Shown here: one piece after another, positions 12,678 through 26,106 of the stretch
Position numbering within the stretch: position 1 is the stretch's first letter
Layout of the letters: every line of letters starts with the position of its first letter
NCBI RefSeq assembly: GCF_035084215.1
Contig: NC_090365.1
Span: 6,202,001 to 6,266,000 of the forward strand
Length of the DNA stretch: 64,000 bases
Source of the DNA: Heptranchias perlo
Taxonomy: Eukaryota
Reading direction: 5' to 3'
Notes under the pieces: model-generated
Databases searched by the model: none
What the model was told of the DNA's origin: nothing
Seen by the model: the letters and a program-made list of their open reading frames with translations, nothing else
Translations under genes and position numbers: made by a program

Positions 12678-14344
12678 AGTGACCAAGAGGGCGGGAATAT
12701 GCCCTGCTCCCAGATCGCTACCAATGCCACTCAAACCATTTGCACGAGAACAGCTCAGCAAGTCAGTCCTCTGATTTTCCTTCTTCCCTATGGGAAAACA
12801 CTTTTAGTTCCTAATCAGCATAGCCTGAAGGAGATATGACAGATCAGAAACTCAGTGTAGAGAATCCAAATCCTAACACTATGTGCTACTATGAGTGGAA
12901 TACGGAGCAACTACTTACTTAACTGAGCTATATGCTTAACAAAAGCTTTGTAGAAAAGTGTTACCTTCTTTAAAGGTGAGGGAAAATAAGAGTTTAACAT
13001 CTAAAAAGGGTAGCACATCTCCTATGGCATTACTTATGATCCACAGGTCAAAAGGTCTCCAATTCAACACTAATTTTGCATCATCACTCAAGAAGCTCCA
13101 AAGATTTTTTTTTGTATGCCTGGGGGGGGGGGGGGGAAAGAGTGGGGGAGGAGATGGAAAGGTCAAGAGTGATGCAGTCAGTAGAGGGGGTGTTTCAAGG
13201 AAGCATTTTGTTCCAAAAACAAACATGGGTGCAAGAAATTCCACTCCCACTGGCATGTCCCAAATGGCCGCCCTTGATGCTTGAACCTTTGCAGCGAGTG
13301 TCAGTATATTTTTCAATTGTGGGAGACACCATAGCCAAGCCTGATCACATCACTCTGCACCTCACTGGATAGTGACCAGGGACATTAATTTTCCATCTCC
13401 CTAGCCCATGGGCACCAAGGTGAATTGTAATTCCGTTATCATCCCAGCTGAGGCCAGCTATAGGTGAGGGATCATATCAGAGACCTTCTTTGTCTATATT
13501 GCTCAAGTTTCAACGTGACTACTGAGTCACCGAGAGGCACAAGAATATCAAGTGATTTGTTCAAGGTTCAAAAATGTTAGCTCAGAACTGTTCATGTCCT
13601 CCTATAATCCAATTAGAGCATGAACTGTGCATACAATGATTCAGAATGCTCACAGGAGCTCCCCTCAACAAATATAGTTTAATTAGAAACATCAGTTCTA
13701 AGATCTGAAGCTGTAATCACAAGTGCTCTTCAGACAACCTGCCCAGTTTTTGGTTTCCCTTCCAAATACCATTTCATGGTGCACTAATGTGCTGCACCAA
13801 GGAGCAAACTGTTACCATGACTCACTGTGTGATGGACTCAGTTGATCCACGTGCTGGAGGCTCTGAATAGAAGTTTGAAACTTACCCACTGGGAGGGGAG
13901 AAATTTAGCACAAGCCATCCTGCACCAGTGTCATACACCTAAGTGTTGCTGGTATAGACGCTAGGCTATTGCAGCTTACTGTTTGGTTGAGGGAGGAGAT
14001 GAACTGAAGAATTTTAAATGATTTCCTTTTAAACAAGAGATGGCTTACGCTGCTGGTCTGTTGGTAAAGATACAATATACACAATATGCTTAAGGGACCA
14101 CAATTAGGAACCACGAAAACAGGAGTAGAACTGAACAGTCTTTCATTACTCCAGAACACCAAATAAAAGTGTGCAACTAATACTGCCCAGACACAAGTGC
14201 TTGCTCCTTATTGTGTTATTAGAAGGCACATGTTTTCTCAAAGGGCAGAGAAAATTGGAGAGTTTTAATATTCTACCTCCCTTTCAATACCTTCAATCAC
14301 TGCTCCCATTTAAAGAAAAGTTTCTTTTTTTTGTTGGACCACAG

Positions 14345-14665
14345 CTGCTGGTTATAGTTCTGTTGTCATTTACAGCTCCTCCAGACTGATCTTTTGTTTC
14401 TTAACTTGTCCCATTACCACGCTCCTTGCCTTGCACCATCATCTCTTATGTCAATTAATCACTCTTGCCCTCTATCCTATCGTAGACCTTCCGTTTTGTT
14501 CTTTTCTCCCCTCCCTCCCCCCTTTCCCTGGCCCTGTACTTGCATAAAAACTTTAACATCTTCCAGTTCTGACAAAAGGTCTTCAACCTGAAACAATAAC
14601 TATTTCTTTCTCCACAGATACGGCCTCACTTGCTGAGCTTTTCCAGCATTTTCTGTTTTTATTAT
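14345..14665 (+). mobile_element. Penelope-like terminal-repeat fragment
   Basis: ttctgacaaaaggtcttcaacctgaaac...ctccacagat...tgctgagcttttccagcattttctgtttttatt, homologous to the reverse complement of 46410-46525. Confidence 0.55.
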
Positions 14666-14680
14666 AGTAGTACGTGGGTG

Positions 14681-14878
14681 CCCCAACACAACGCACATCC
14701 CACTTTCCCCCAACACAACGCACATCCCACTTTCCCCCAACACAACGCACATCCCACTTTCCCCCAACACAACGCACATCCCACTTTCCCCCAACACAAC
14801 GCACATCCCACTTTCCCCCAACACAACGCACATCCCACTTTCCCCCAACACAACGCACATCCCACTTTCCCCCAACAC
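14681..14878. repeat. 27-bp minisatellite, about 7.3 identical copies
   Basis: Unit CCCCAACACAACGCACATCCCACTTTC. Confidence 0.95.
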
Positions 14879-17800
14879 CAAGCAAGCACACAATGCAAAA
14901 ATCAACATTAACCATACAGCTAGTACATTTTCCATTTTAGTCAGACAAAGTTTGTATTATTGCCAGGATATTGAGAATCTGAATTTTAAGCCCCTTCTTT
15001 CTTAGAAGCCACATGCTCACTTTACTGAACTTGCCTGTATAACCATCTGGACCTGAGCCCCACAGCTAGTGGATGTGAGTTTTCCCATTTGGGATGTTCT
15101 ATGTTTGCAATCTCCCACACTTATATTAGGTGAAATATTAAATAATCTTTTGCCGTAAGTTTCTAATATTTGCCATCTACAACGTATAACCCCAAGGTGG
15201 TGCTGGGGAGATCACCTCTTCTCTAAATAAAAACTCACCAAACAAAATTAGCTGTACTTTTAAAATGAATGAAACTTGATTCAAATATGGAAATTTCCAA
15301 GAATACATCAGGCTCCTGGCACAAGCCACACTGCTTTGGGAAATTTTCAGCCAAAGTAAGAAGGTTATGCTGTGACTCAGTGGAGGAGAGGAATTTGGCC
15401 CATCATCTTTTCCTTCTGCCGCACATTCTTGCCTCTCTCTGTGTGTTGGGGTGGGGAGAGGAAGGCATGTCTATGGCTCCTTTCACTAGAGTTGCTGTTT
15501 CTGCATTGCATGTCTCCCACTAAGTTTTTTTCCTATTAAACTCAGACAGCTGAAAATAGCCCTATTATTCCCCAAAGCAGCAGCTGGACTAATTTTCCAT
15601 CCAGTAGAAATCTGCACTCTTATAATAAAAACCCTGTAAGATAAACAGGGGATTCCAGTATTTTTTAGGGAGAGGGCTGAAGACAAGTTGTGCAAGTCTT
15701 AAGTACTGCTGCTGACAATTCTGTTCCTCCTCTCCTAAAAGGGACGTTGGTACCAGTCAAGTACATCTCCCAAGTGCCACTCTACATATATGAGCCTCAG
15801 CCGGCAATGCGCGCGTGGGAGGTTCAATCACAGCTTGGTCCAATCTTGCACTCAACTACCATGTGTGAGTGTGAGTGTGTATAAGCACATACACAGCCGA
15901 GAGACAGAGTGCCACCAGTGACATCACCACTGTCCCAACTAAGACAAGCCAACACTCAGACCAAGGAATGAACCATGAGACCACTCACTCATCGTACACC
16001 TCAGCAGTACACGGTGAATTTATCATAATGAATCACTGGGGAAGTTAAAAAGCAATTTTAATAGAAATGAAGCAGATTAATGATCTAATTCAAGAGCATG
16101 GAGGGGGGCATTTCTCATTCCTCTCCAACTTTCTAACAAGTTTTTGTATTTTTCTCCCTCTCAGTTTTTGTAAGCTATATTGTTAGTTCATTAATTCTAT
16201 TTTTCTTTCAGAAGCTCTCTTCCTTTTCAGGGACAGGAGAAATCTGCATTTTGCAGGCAGGCCAACCTTTCAATTGTACATCCCAACCAGTAGCTTCCCA
16301 AGGGAAACATTTCCATTACCAAGAATGTCCAACCACCTCCATTATATAGCTTTTCTTCATGGAGGGAGAACACATCACATTAAAAAGCCCCATAAAAGGG
16401 AGACAGACCAGACAACAAGTTAACAAACTAGGCATATTTCCTGAGGTATGCAAATATAATTTGGGTAGACAGAGATCACACAAGTATGTTAAATATGTAA
16501 ATACACAGCCAAGGCAAACTCATCAAATAAAACCCAGTTAGTGAAAACAGATGAATATGACAACAAAGTTAGTGTGGGGTAAAGCACATAGGTAAGTCAG
16601 GGCAGCCATTAAAATAGCTCTTATTAATTCCCCTGTTTTCAAATTAAAAACAGGGGAATTAATTTAATCTCCACTGAGGTTTGTTGTGCCCATAATGGCA
16701 CACCTGTCATCATCAGGCCAGAACTCCCAGGCATTTTTTCCCTAATTTAAAAAATAAACCACCCGTTTCACATTTCTTTTTAAAAAAAAAGCATCTGGAC
16801 AGAGTGACCAGCATAGCTCCAGTGTAGTGCAGAGAAGTGATGAGTTGTGTGTTCATGCTCACCATGCTCTGATCATAGGGAAAGGTCACTCCACACTTGG
16901 GGAGTAGCCAGTTTGGGACATGTTGTTAAAAGGAAGGCGACATCCCAACAGAGGGGGAAAAAAATAAGTCCTAGCAGCCAGCTCATGGCAGTGCTGGCTG
17001 AAATCTCAGCTGGGGAATAGTGTATGGTATGAATTGTTTTCTCTGAAATCGAAACTGAAGAAAATAAAAATCAATGCGCCATGGCAACACAAATTTAATT
17101 ACTAGTCTACAGAGTGCCTGCAGTACATCTTACAAAGACAGTATTCGGTAAAGAAAACACTAAGTTCCCCTCAATGTTCTGTGGGAGAGAGATTGCCAGT
17201 GGTACTCTTTAGAAAGCCACAAGGATGTGTACACAAAGAACTCAGGAGCTGGACCCTCTGCACAGCAGTAAAACAACTGATTTCTGCTGCACACTTCCCA
17301 GTACTACAGTGAAGATTAGACTGTGTGCAGGCACTTACGGCACAGCAAGATCACTCAGTAACAACCGATTGTCCCCTGTTGGAGAATCTTTAAACCACAT
17401 TTATATTGCAGGGCCAGTTAGCTAATTTCTATTATCAAATTTGCTTGGTTTATAACATATGGTAAATTTGGTTACACAAACACCTATCATGTGCAAAATT
17501 TGTGCATTCGCAGTTACTACAGAGCCGCATTTGTGACTTTTCCAATCCAGCCTCAGATCTTGTGTCATGTCGGGGAAGGTCCCAACCAACAAGCAATGTG
17601 AAAATTAAATTTCCAGCTTGTCCACAGCAAGAATAAAATGGCAGACAGCGGCAGGTGTCAGCAGTCACTTCCCATTACAATTCCTGCATCTCTAGAAGGG
17701 GGCAATAATTGAGTAGAGAAGTCATTCTTTTCCAGAATAAAACCCTAATCAGAACTGGCCTGCTGCCAATGAGTTTTCAACAGTGACATCTGACCATAGC

Positions 17801-20409
17801 TGATTGAAGTCCCTCATTTATTTCTATTGGTTTCACATGCATTTCATTCACAGAAAGCTCTAGATGCATAATTTTAGTTGACTGCACAGAGGAGATAAAC
17901 AGCTGTAGGTTTGTACTGCCTTCAGACATTTTTGTTCCAATCTATATATAGGCTGAAGCCACTGGCATGGTTGAGTACTGAATGTTCTCTGTAGCTTTTA
18001 TAATCCACATGTTTTCTATTATGTAACATCTGCAACAGACATTTTCTGAGTGTTGTTTTAATAAGTTATTTTCTCCCTCCTTTAGGACCCCCTTCCTAGA
18101 CCACGCATTGCTCCTCAGCAAGAGGGCGGACAATTGGTATGCGTCACTGAAACCAAAACCAGATGCACGTGAGAGCTTGATGGTGATTTTCTAGGCTATT
18201 TTCTCCTTCTTTGAGGGGAAGTGCTGTTCTTCCTTTCTCTACACCACCCCCCCAATCCCAAATGACGTAGCCAAGTTCAGAAACTTGCGGTGAAAATTCA
18301 TTACCTATTCTGTGGCGCAGTTTGTTGGAACAACTCACTGAGCTACTTAAATGTTTCTACTGCTAAAATACCCTGGAGAGGAATGGATGGAACAAGTGAA
18401 TGATTCTTAAAATATGGCACTGCAGTCAGGGATTTCTGGATGAAAATTACTTTGCAGCAGTTAGGTGAGACTATCCAAGCTAAGCAAGCACATTGCAACC
18501 TTTTTCCTCCCCTCTTCTAAAGGCACCGACTCTTTTGCTGGGGTGCCACTCCATAGGCGCTGCTCATCCTTTTGTACCTAGCTATACTTTATTTGTGAAC
18601 CTGAGCCACGATAGTGACGAGATAGTGTTGACAGACTTTTCAAGCACTGAGGACATCACAGCCAGGACTAATTCTGATCTCACCTGATGTTCATGTGCAT
18701 GTGCTTTCCATTAGTAGTCACTGGATAGCGATCAGAAGTTCGAACCCTTTCTAGCCTGGGGTGTTGAGCCCTATCATCCCACTTGCTACCCAGACAGATC
18801 ACCCAACTCAGCACAGGCCAAGAACTGAACCTGGGACCTTCTTGGCATTGCCTTTACCCGATAGGTCATTGGGGGAGCCCCTATTTGCAGTTTTTCGAAT
18901 ATTTCTGTGCAACATCAGAAGTTTCAGAGTCAAAATAAAATCCTCCTCTGAAAATAGAAAACTTTGGCACGCTCATCACTCTTGACGCTTCTGAATTCTC
19001 AATTCTCCATTTGTATTAAACTTCAGCATGCAATCCAGAAAGATCCTAATGACAAGCAATGCATTGTCTCTGAATATGTAATTCAGTTATTCTAGTGCAG
19101 AAATACATAATTACTTCAGTGCCAAGTGCCACATCTACAAGGTTCTGTGAGGGTATGAATTATTTTTCTACAATCAGAGGTCCATCATGTCATGAGATTA
19201 CTGTGTACCATGTCCATATTCTCAAGCGGTTCCCAATTTCACTGCATGGATAACAAAGGATAATGACTGCAGACCTCAACACTGATTTTGAAATTGGGTG
19301 TACAATTTTCTTAAACTAATTGTTAGCTTTTCTCATTTAGGCAGTGTATTCAGGAAATTTGGGGACACTCAACTCAGGCTGGGATATGGCTCTGCAAATA
19401 TCAGCAGCCCTCCGGTATCTTTCCCAAGTAGCTATTAATCATGCATGTACCCTTACAGTATACTGAACTATGGGACAGTGGAAATCATAGATCCCTGTCC
19501 TCACCCAACGCCCACACATGCAAACTTTCCAGCGGGGTCAATGGACAAGATTCGGAAGCAGAAACCGCTGGTGTTTCCTCTTGCCTAGCCCAGGGCTGCC
19601 AACATACTACTCCAGCACCTCTATTACCACCAGCTAACTTTGAGGAACCAGGAGCTACCTGGCTGCTTTCACACTGGGGAGTGTACTTACCAACTGAACT
19701 ACCAGGAGAACTGAACATTTTGATGCAATGCTATGCAAAGTGAGGCCTCACACACTTGTTATAAAGTGAATTTTGGACGAGTATCTTTGGAGAGTACCTG
19801 AATACAGCTTTTATCTATCAACTCTGCTTTTAAGTATTTAAAGGGTTAAGCCATTATCATCAGGTATTGTTGAACTTGGCACACACACTAACTCACAGCA
19901 AACTCCCATGAGCAAACCACTCAGACCCGTGGGAAAAGATCTTTTAGTGCTTCTTTCACACCAATAGCATTGGAAGATAAAGTGTGCGCCACAGGGCTAG
20001 GCAAAAATCAGGTAATGCAAACCACATCAAATGAATCAAAACAATTAGACACTGCATTATCTGACCCTAAATCTGCATAAAAGCTTGTTTATTTCCTCCA
20101 ATGAAAAGTTTATATTTTAACTGAAGCAGAAATGAGGATGAAACTCTGGCTAATTTCTATCAGTGCCCTAGTGCAAATAATGAAAACATTGGTATAAGCA
20201 GGGCTCAACATTAGCAGATGCCACAGGCATTGATTCACTTTTACATCACTGCTAGTGAACTGTAACTCCGTGACTACTCTTCAAAAGTAATTCATAGCCT
20301 GTGAAGTGCTTTGGGACATCCCGAGGACATGCAAGTTCTTCTGTTTGTTTGATAGTTTTTTTAAAAACATTTTTGTTTCTTTGGTACCAAATTGGGGCTA
20401 TTTACACTG

Positions 20410-20780
20410 GAACAGTGAAGGTTCAGGGGTGCTCATACATCTTAATATACAATATGAAAGGTTTTTGAAAGTGTGAATAGTGAAAGACTTTTTGCAGTAA
20501 TTGGTGAATGGGTAACAAGGGGGAACAGACTCAGGATTATCACTAGAAGAACAAAGGGGAAGTCAGAACATAGGAGCCCACTTGTGGTCAAGTATTCTGA
20601 GACAGAGACTCTAACATCATTTAAAAGGGAATTGGATAAATATCTGAAAGGGAAGGATATAAAAATGTGAAAAGGGCAGGGACGTGTAATTGGAGTTGAT
20701 AACTTCAACTGAAGAGCTAGCACCAGCACAGGCGCCATAGGTCGAATGGCCTCCATCGGTGGTGTAAATTCTACGGTGCA
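20410..20780 (+). mobile_element. Degenerate CR1 3' fragment
   Basis: VTRGNRLR...SFKRELDKYLKGK plus a CR1 3' UTR motif. Confidence 0.75.
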
Positions 20781-21390
20781 TGAGCCACTTGTGCACTGTT
20801 TCAGTCCAGTGTTTAAACCTAGTTTGCCTGATATTATGTATGTAAAATCAGTGTTGAGTAGTAGCAAATAAAATAAAAAAAATTCGACCAGGGTTACTAC
20901 TCCCAAATAATGTCCAAGAACTTCTGCTGGAAAGCAGACAAATATGGATATTCAGCAAGGACCAAATCAGATTCATCTGTGATGTCCTCCATCATCAAAT
21001 AGCCTACCATCACTCATGGTCTAGGTTTACACAGGAAGAACGGCACTTTGTTATCAAGAATCAAGACTTGGACCTTCTACTAGGTGCGGATTAGTGTTAG
21101 CATTCAGTGCTGCCTTTACCCAGTGGGGTGGGGAGAGAGAGAGAGTAAAGAGTTCCAGAACATACACCAATGCCAAAAAGCTTCATAATTGGCCACAAAG
21201 AAAGTAGATGTAGAACAGAAGAGATAAATGCAAAGTCCACTTTTGTTGACTGGGTCACTAGTCAACAAATTAATCTTTAGCAGCTACACAGGGACAAAAT
21301 CCTGCAACAATGCCAGAAACACTCGTGAATTGAGCTCAAGTACAAGCCAGTCTTTATGTGCAAACTTGATAAATTAAATGTCTACCTTAC

Positions 21391-21906
21391 CTGTGCTTGT
21401 ATTGCTTCCAATGTTGTTCATAGCAGATGGCACCGATGCAGACGTATGCAGAGGCAAATGTCCATTCTCGCAAGTCATTGGCTTGTCCTGCCAAGCGGGG
21501 ACACTGACGCACATGCCGCTATCCGCTCGATTCTGCCATTCATTTAGTTTGTCTTCGACATTCTGCCTTTGATTTTGGTTGTACACTCCTGTGTAAATAG
21601 AGTCTGCCCGGCCCACATTCTGTGAACTGTAGTTGCTCGACATGCGCTCCTCCAAGTGGGTTAGCCATAAGGCCAGAGAACTCCGGTCATCCAGTGAGGT
21701 GGCAGGATGGATTAGTGCATAGGATAAGAGCTGTCTACTCTCCTCTATGAACAGATTGCTATCGATGGAATAGGCCAGCACCTTCTGAAGCAGCTTCATA
21801 TACTCAGACTTTGCCTCCACATTTCCAGGCTGAAGTAAAGGAAGATGGGAAAGCAACTGTAAAACAACTTTTTCCTTAGGGTCCTGATGCCACTGACTGA
21901 TGAAAG
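21391..21906 (-). CDS. SAMD4B: SAMD4B coding exon 2, 516 nt
   Basis: Encodes [48 protein letters not shown]...[19 protein letters not shown] acceptor at 21907-21909, GTAAG donor at 21386-21390. Phase 1-1 and length divisible by 3. Confidence 0.95.
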
Positions 21907-24336
21907 CTGAAAAATGAACAAAGTACAACAATTCAAATAACTGGAGATAAGGCTGTCACTAAGTTTTCACCTCCATTCATTTGCCTTCAAAAATTACATG
22001 TGACATTAGCCCATGCATGTGATCAATGATCAGTAGCTACCTGGCAAACTCGAACTCAAGTCTTTGCATATGAGTAAAGGGAAATTCTGGATCAATAACT
22101 TGTTAAGCAAAAAATTTGTACCAAGCTTTTTATTTTGGGTGGGGTGGGGGGAAAATGAAGTGCAACCAAGCTTACAAAACGTCTCAACTATCACTAAACA
22201 CGAGGCGGCACAGGGTGGAATGGACTCAATAACTGCTGCAATTTAGGAGTAGTTAACAAGGCTTATAATATTCAAAGATCAATATGCTTTCATTGTTTTC
22301 TTCAGCTTTGCAATGCACCGAAATTTAACAAGAATTGTTGCAACCAAGTTATTTATCTGGGCTGAACTATACATGGAGCAGGATTATATACATACAAAAA
22401 AAAACTTAACCCTGTTGATATTTATACTCAAGCGAGGCATTGTCATTAGGCCTGTTTAACATATTGACATCAACATACTGTGACAAAAATTGCACTTAAA
22501 CCAGTACACTTCAATGTGTCAATGTAATTCTTGTGTGATGTGCTGAATTCATCTTTTCAAATTGCTCCCACTACTCCCCATAACAGACCTGTAACCACCA
22601 GTATTTCAACTTACAGTAGGATATAACTTTTTCCCATAATGTAGAACAGTAGAATAGGACGACAAATTTAGAGAGATTCACTTAGGATTTTCCTCCAGCT
22701 TTCTCTGAGGTTTTTAAACTTTTCTGTATCTCTCTCATCCAGCAGTTTCCCATTATCTGCCACACTGAACAGCAGTCACTTTCCAGGTCATTACCTCCTC
22801 CTGCTCAGGGAATTTCCAGCTGCGCAGGCTGTCCTCCCTCTCTAGAGATTGTACATTGTTAGGATAGAGGACCAACCAGCCATTCAATACACTCCTAATC
22901 CATAACCTGGACATGTGGATATGAGAACGAAATAGAAAATAGGACAGCAGACTGAGCACAAGAGTGGAGGAAAACCAACGAGATCCCTACAAACTTAAGG
23001 GGAAAGAAAAGAAAATAAATATGGTCACTGTTTGTTTTAATGATCGTCTACAATGTAGCCCCTCGATCAGTCCAGTTTCATGTCAAAATAATGCAACTGT
23101 CGCCCTGCATTGCTGACTATACTTAGTCTTACAGATGTTAGTAAATATGCACAAATTAAAGTTAGGTTTTGGGATTACTACAAATGGTGACATGGTGCAG
23201 TGGAATTCTAATGGACAGCACCAAGGAGTGTCCAACATGCCGGCACCCAGAATTCCCAAACGCAATTTTCTGGTCTCAATGATGTTTTCATAGGGAAGCC
23301 AGGCACGTTCCCTATGGAAGAAGATTATATTAAAAAAAAAAGCACAAAAAATAGGTATGAGGCGCCACTCTTTTGGTGCCTCCTGGTGCACCAGTGGAAG
23401 TCTGGAGTAGGTCTCTAGCTGGTTCCCTCTTGGCCAAGTAAGATGTGAACTGCAGGGAGATGAACTACAAACAACCTGCCTCTTACCTGAAGCTACCACC
23501 TGAAGCAAGCGTTGATTTGTGAACTCTGTCCCAAAATTTAAAGTATAAAAATAAACAGACCACCCAGTGGCACTTCCATGGGCTGTGCCAGTTTAGTTTA
23601 CATTTAAATTCCCTGCAGAGATTCCAACTTTGATCGTATCACTGGGAAGACTATGATGAGCGAGTAGAAACTATCACTCCCCCTACCCCGCTCAACTTTC
23701 TACCCATCTCAATTCTTCCTAGTGTATAATTCAACAAGGGCTGGGAGCTCCTTGTTAATGCACTCAAGCATGCATTCTTCAAGTGAGAGCCTATACAGAA
23801 TGTTGGCAGATTAATCATAAAGGGCACCAAATGAGGACGATCCTGTCCTGATCAGATATCCACAGATCCATGGGAGTCATGGACAGCAATCAGGAGCAGG
23901 AACCCCAGTTGATTATTCCCATCCTGAGGCATACAGACCAATAAGCTTCTAGGTTCAATCTCTGGGCTGAATCACCTGATCTCAATTGGACTAGCAGCAT
24001 GAGTGCATAACTGGCCTCAGCACCCCTCAGGTGGGGACAGAATGAGGGAGGAAAAATAAAACAGTGCTTCCACTTGATCACCATCCAGTGATCCCTGCTG
24101 TAAGTGCGTCTATGTGGTCACTAGCCAAGGACTGAACGAGGCTTGGATGTGATGCGTCACCACCTCCCCACAGTTGAACGTTCTGCCAACTCTCAACTGT
24201 TCAGGTCAAAAATGAAGAATGGTGATGTTGGACTAGTACCTCAGGGCAACTGGCATCTTTGGAACTGTGCCTCTGCAAGACTCGGTCTTCAGAAGGGGTA
24301 AAAGCAAAGTGGAGGGAACAGAAAGAAAACTACCTT

Positions 24337-26106
24337 GTTTTTTTTATTATTTGTTCACGGGATGTGGGCGTCGCTGGCGAGGCCAGCATTTATTGCCCAT
24401 CCCTAATTGCCCTCGAGAAGGTGGTGGTGAGCCACCTTCTTGAACCGCTGCAGTCCGTGTGGTGACTGTTCTCCCACAGTGCTGTTAGGAAGGGAGTTCC
24501 AGGATTTTGACCCAGTGACAATGAAGGAACGGCGATATATTTCCAAGTCGGGATGGTGTGTGACTTGGAGGGGAACGTACAGGTGGTGTTGTTCCCATGT
24601 GCCTGCTGCTCTTGTCCTTCTAGATGGTAGAAGTCACGGGTTTGGGAGGTGCTGTCGAAGAAGCCTTGGCGAGTTGCTGCAGTGCATCCTGTGGATGGTA
24701 CACACTGCAGCCACAGTGCGCCGGTGGTGAAGGGAGTGAATGTTTAGGGTGGTGGATGGGGTGCCAATCAAGCGGGCTGCTTTATCTTGGATGGTGTCGA
24801 GCTTCTTGAGTGTTGTTGGAGCTGCACTCATCCAAGCAAGTGGAGAGTATTCCATCACACTCCTGACTTGTGCCTTGTAGATAGTGGAAAGGCTTTGGGG
24901 AGTCAGGAGGTGAGTCACTCGCCACAGAATACCCAGCCTCTGACCTGCTCTTGTAACCACAATATTTATAAGGCTGGTCCAGTTAAGTTTCTGGTCAATG
25001 GTGACCCCCAGGATGTTGATGGTGGGGGATTCGGTGATGGTAATGCCGTTGAATGTCAAGGGGAGGTGGTTAGACACTCTCTTGTTGGAGATGGTCATTG
25101 CCTGGCACTTATCTGGCGCGAATGTTACTTGCCACTTATGAGCCCAAGCCTGGATGTTGTCCAGGTCTTGCTGCATGCGGGCTCAGACTGCTTCATTATT
25201 TGAGGGGTTGCGAATGGAACTGAACACTGTGCAGTCATCAGCAAACATCCCCATTTCTGACCTTATGATGGAGGGAAGGTCATTGATGAAGCAGCTGAAG
25301 GTGGTTGGGCCTAGGACACTGCCCTGAGGAACTCCTGCAGCAATGTCCTGGGGCTAAGATGATTGGCCTCCAACAACCACTACCATCTTCCTTTGTGTTA
25401 GGTATGACTCCAGCCACTGGAGAGTTTTCCCCCTGATTCACATTGACTTCAATTTTACTGGAGCTCCTTGGTGCCACACACGGTCAAATGCTGCCTTGAT
25501 GTCAAGGGCAGTCACTCTCACCTCACCTCTGAAATTCAGCTCTTTTGTCCATGTTTGGACCAAGGCTGAAATGAGGTCTGGAGCCGAGTGGTCCTGGCGG
25601 AACCCAAACTGAGCATCGGTGAGCAGGTTATTGGTGAGTAAGTGCCACTTGATAGCACTGTCGACGACACCTTCCATCACTTTGCTGAAGATTGAGGGTA
25701 GACTGATGGGGCGGTAATTGGCCGGATTGGATTTGTCTTGCTTTTTGTGGACAGGACATACCTGGGCAATTTTCCACATTGTCGGGTAGATGCCAGTGTT
25801 GTAGCTGTACTGGAACAGCTTGGCTAGAGGCGCAGCTAGTTCTGGAGCACAAGTCTTCAGCACTACAGCTGGGATGTTGTCGGGGCCCATAGCCTTTGCT
25901 GTATCCAGTGCACACAGCCGTTTCTTGATATCACGTGGAGTGAATCGAATTGGCCGAAGACTGGCTTCCGTGATGATGGGGATATCGGGAGGAGGCTGAG
26001 ATGGATCATCCACTCGGCACTTCTGGCTGAAGATGGTTGCGAACACTTCAGCCTTGTCTTTTGCACTCACGTGCTGGACTCCGCCGTCATTGAGGATGGG
26101 GATGTT
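24337..26106 (-). mobile_element. 5'-truncated CR1/L2-group LINE (RT domain and 3' UTR), with a stop and a frameshift
   Basis: Motifs KAMGPDNIP, NPANYRPISL, QFGFR, LDIKAAFDRV, GVPQGSVLGP, FADD, LGVTID. In-frame TGA at 25438-25440 followed by a 1-nt frameshift. A-rich 3' end at about 24337-24350. Confidence 0.9.

Noticed and set aside
14583..14940. Repetitive ORFs in five frames (CVGGKWDVR, PQHNAHPTF, etc.)
   Set aside because: By-product of a stop-free 27-bp minisatellite; no splice or homology support.
21242..21269. Smaug recognition element hairpin near the exon 2 donor
   Set aside because: The 10-bp stem exists, but the transcribed-strand loop is not CNGG(N) and the site is intronic.
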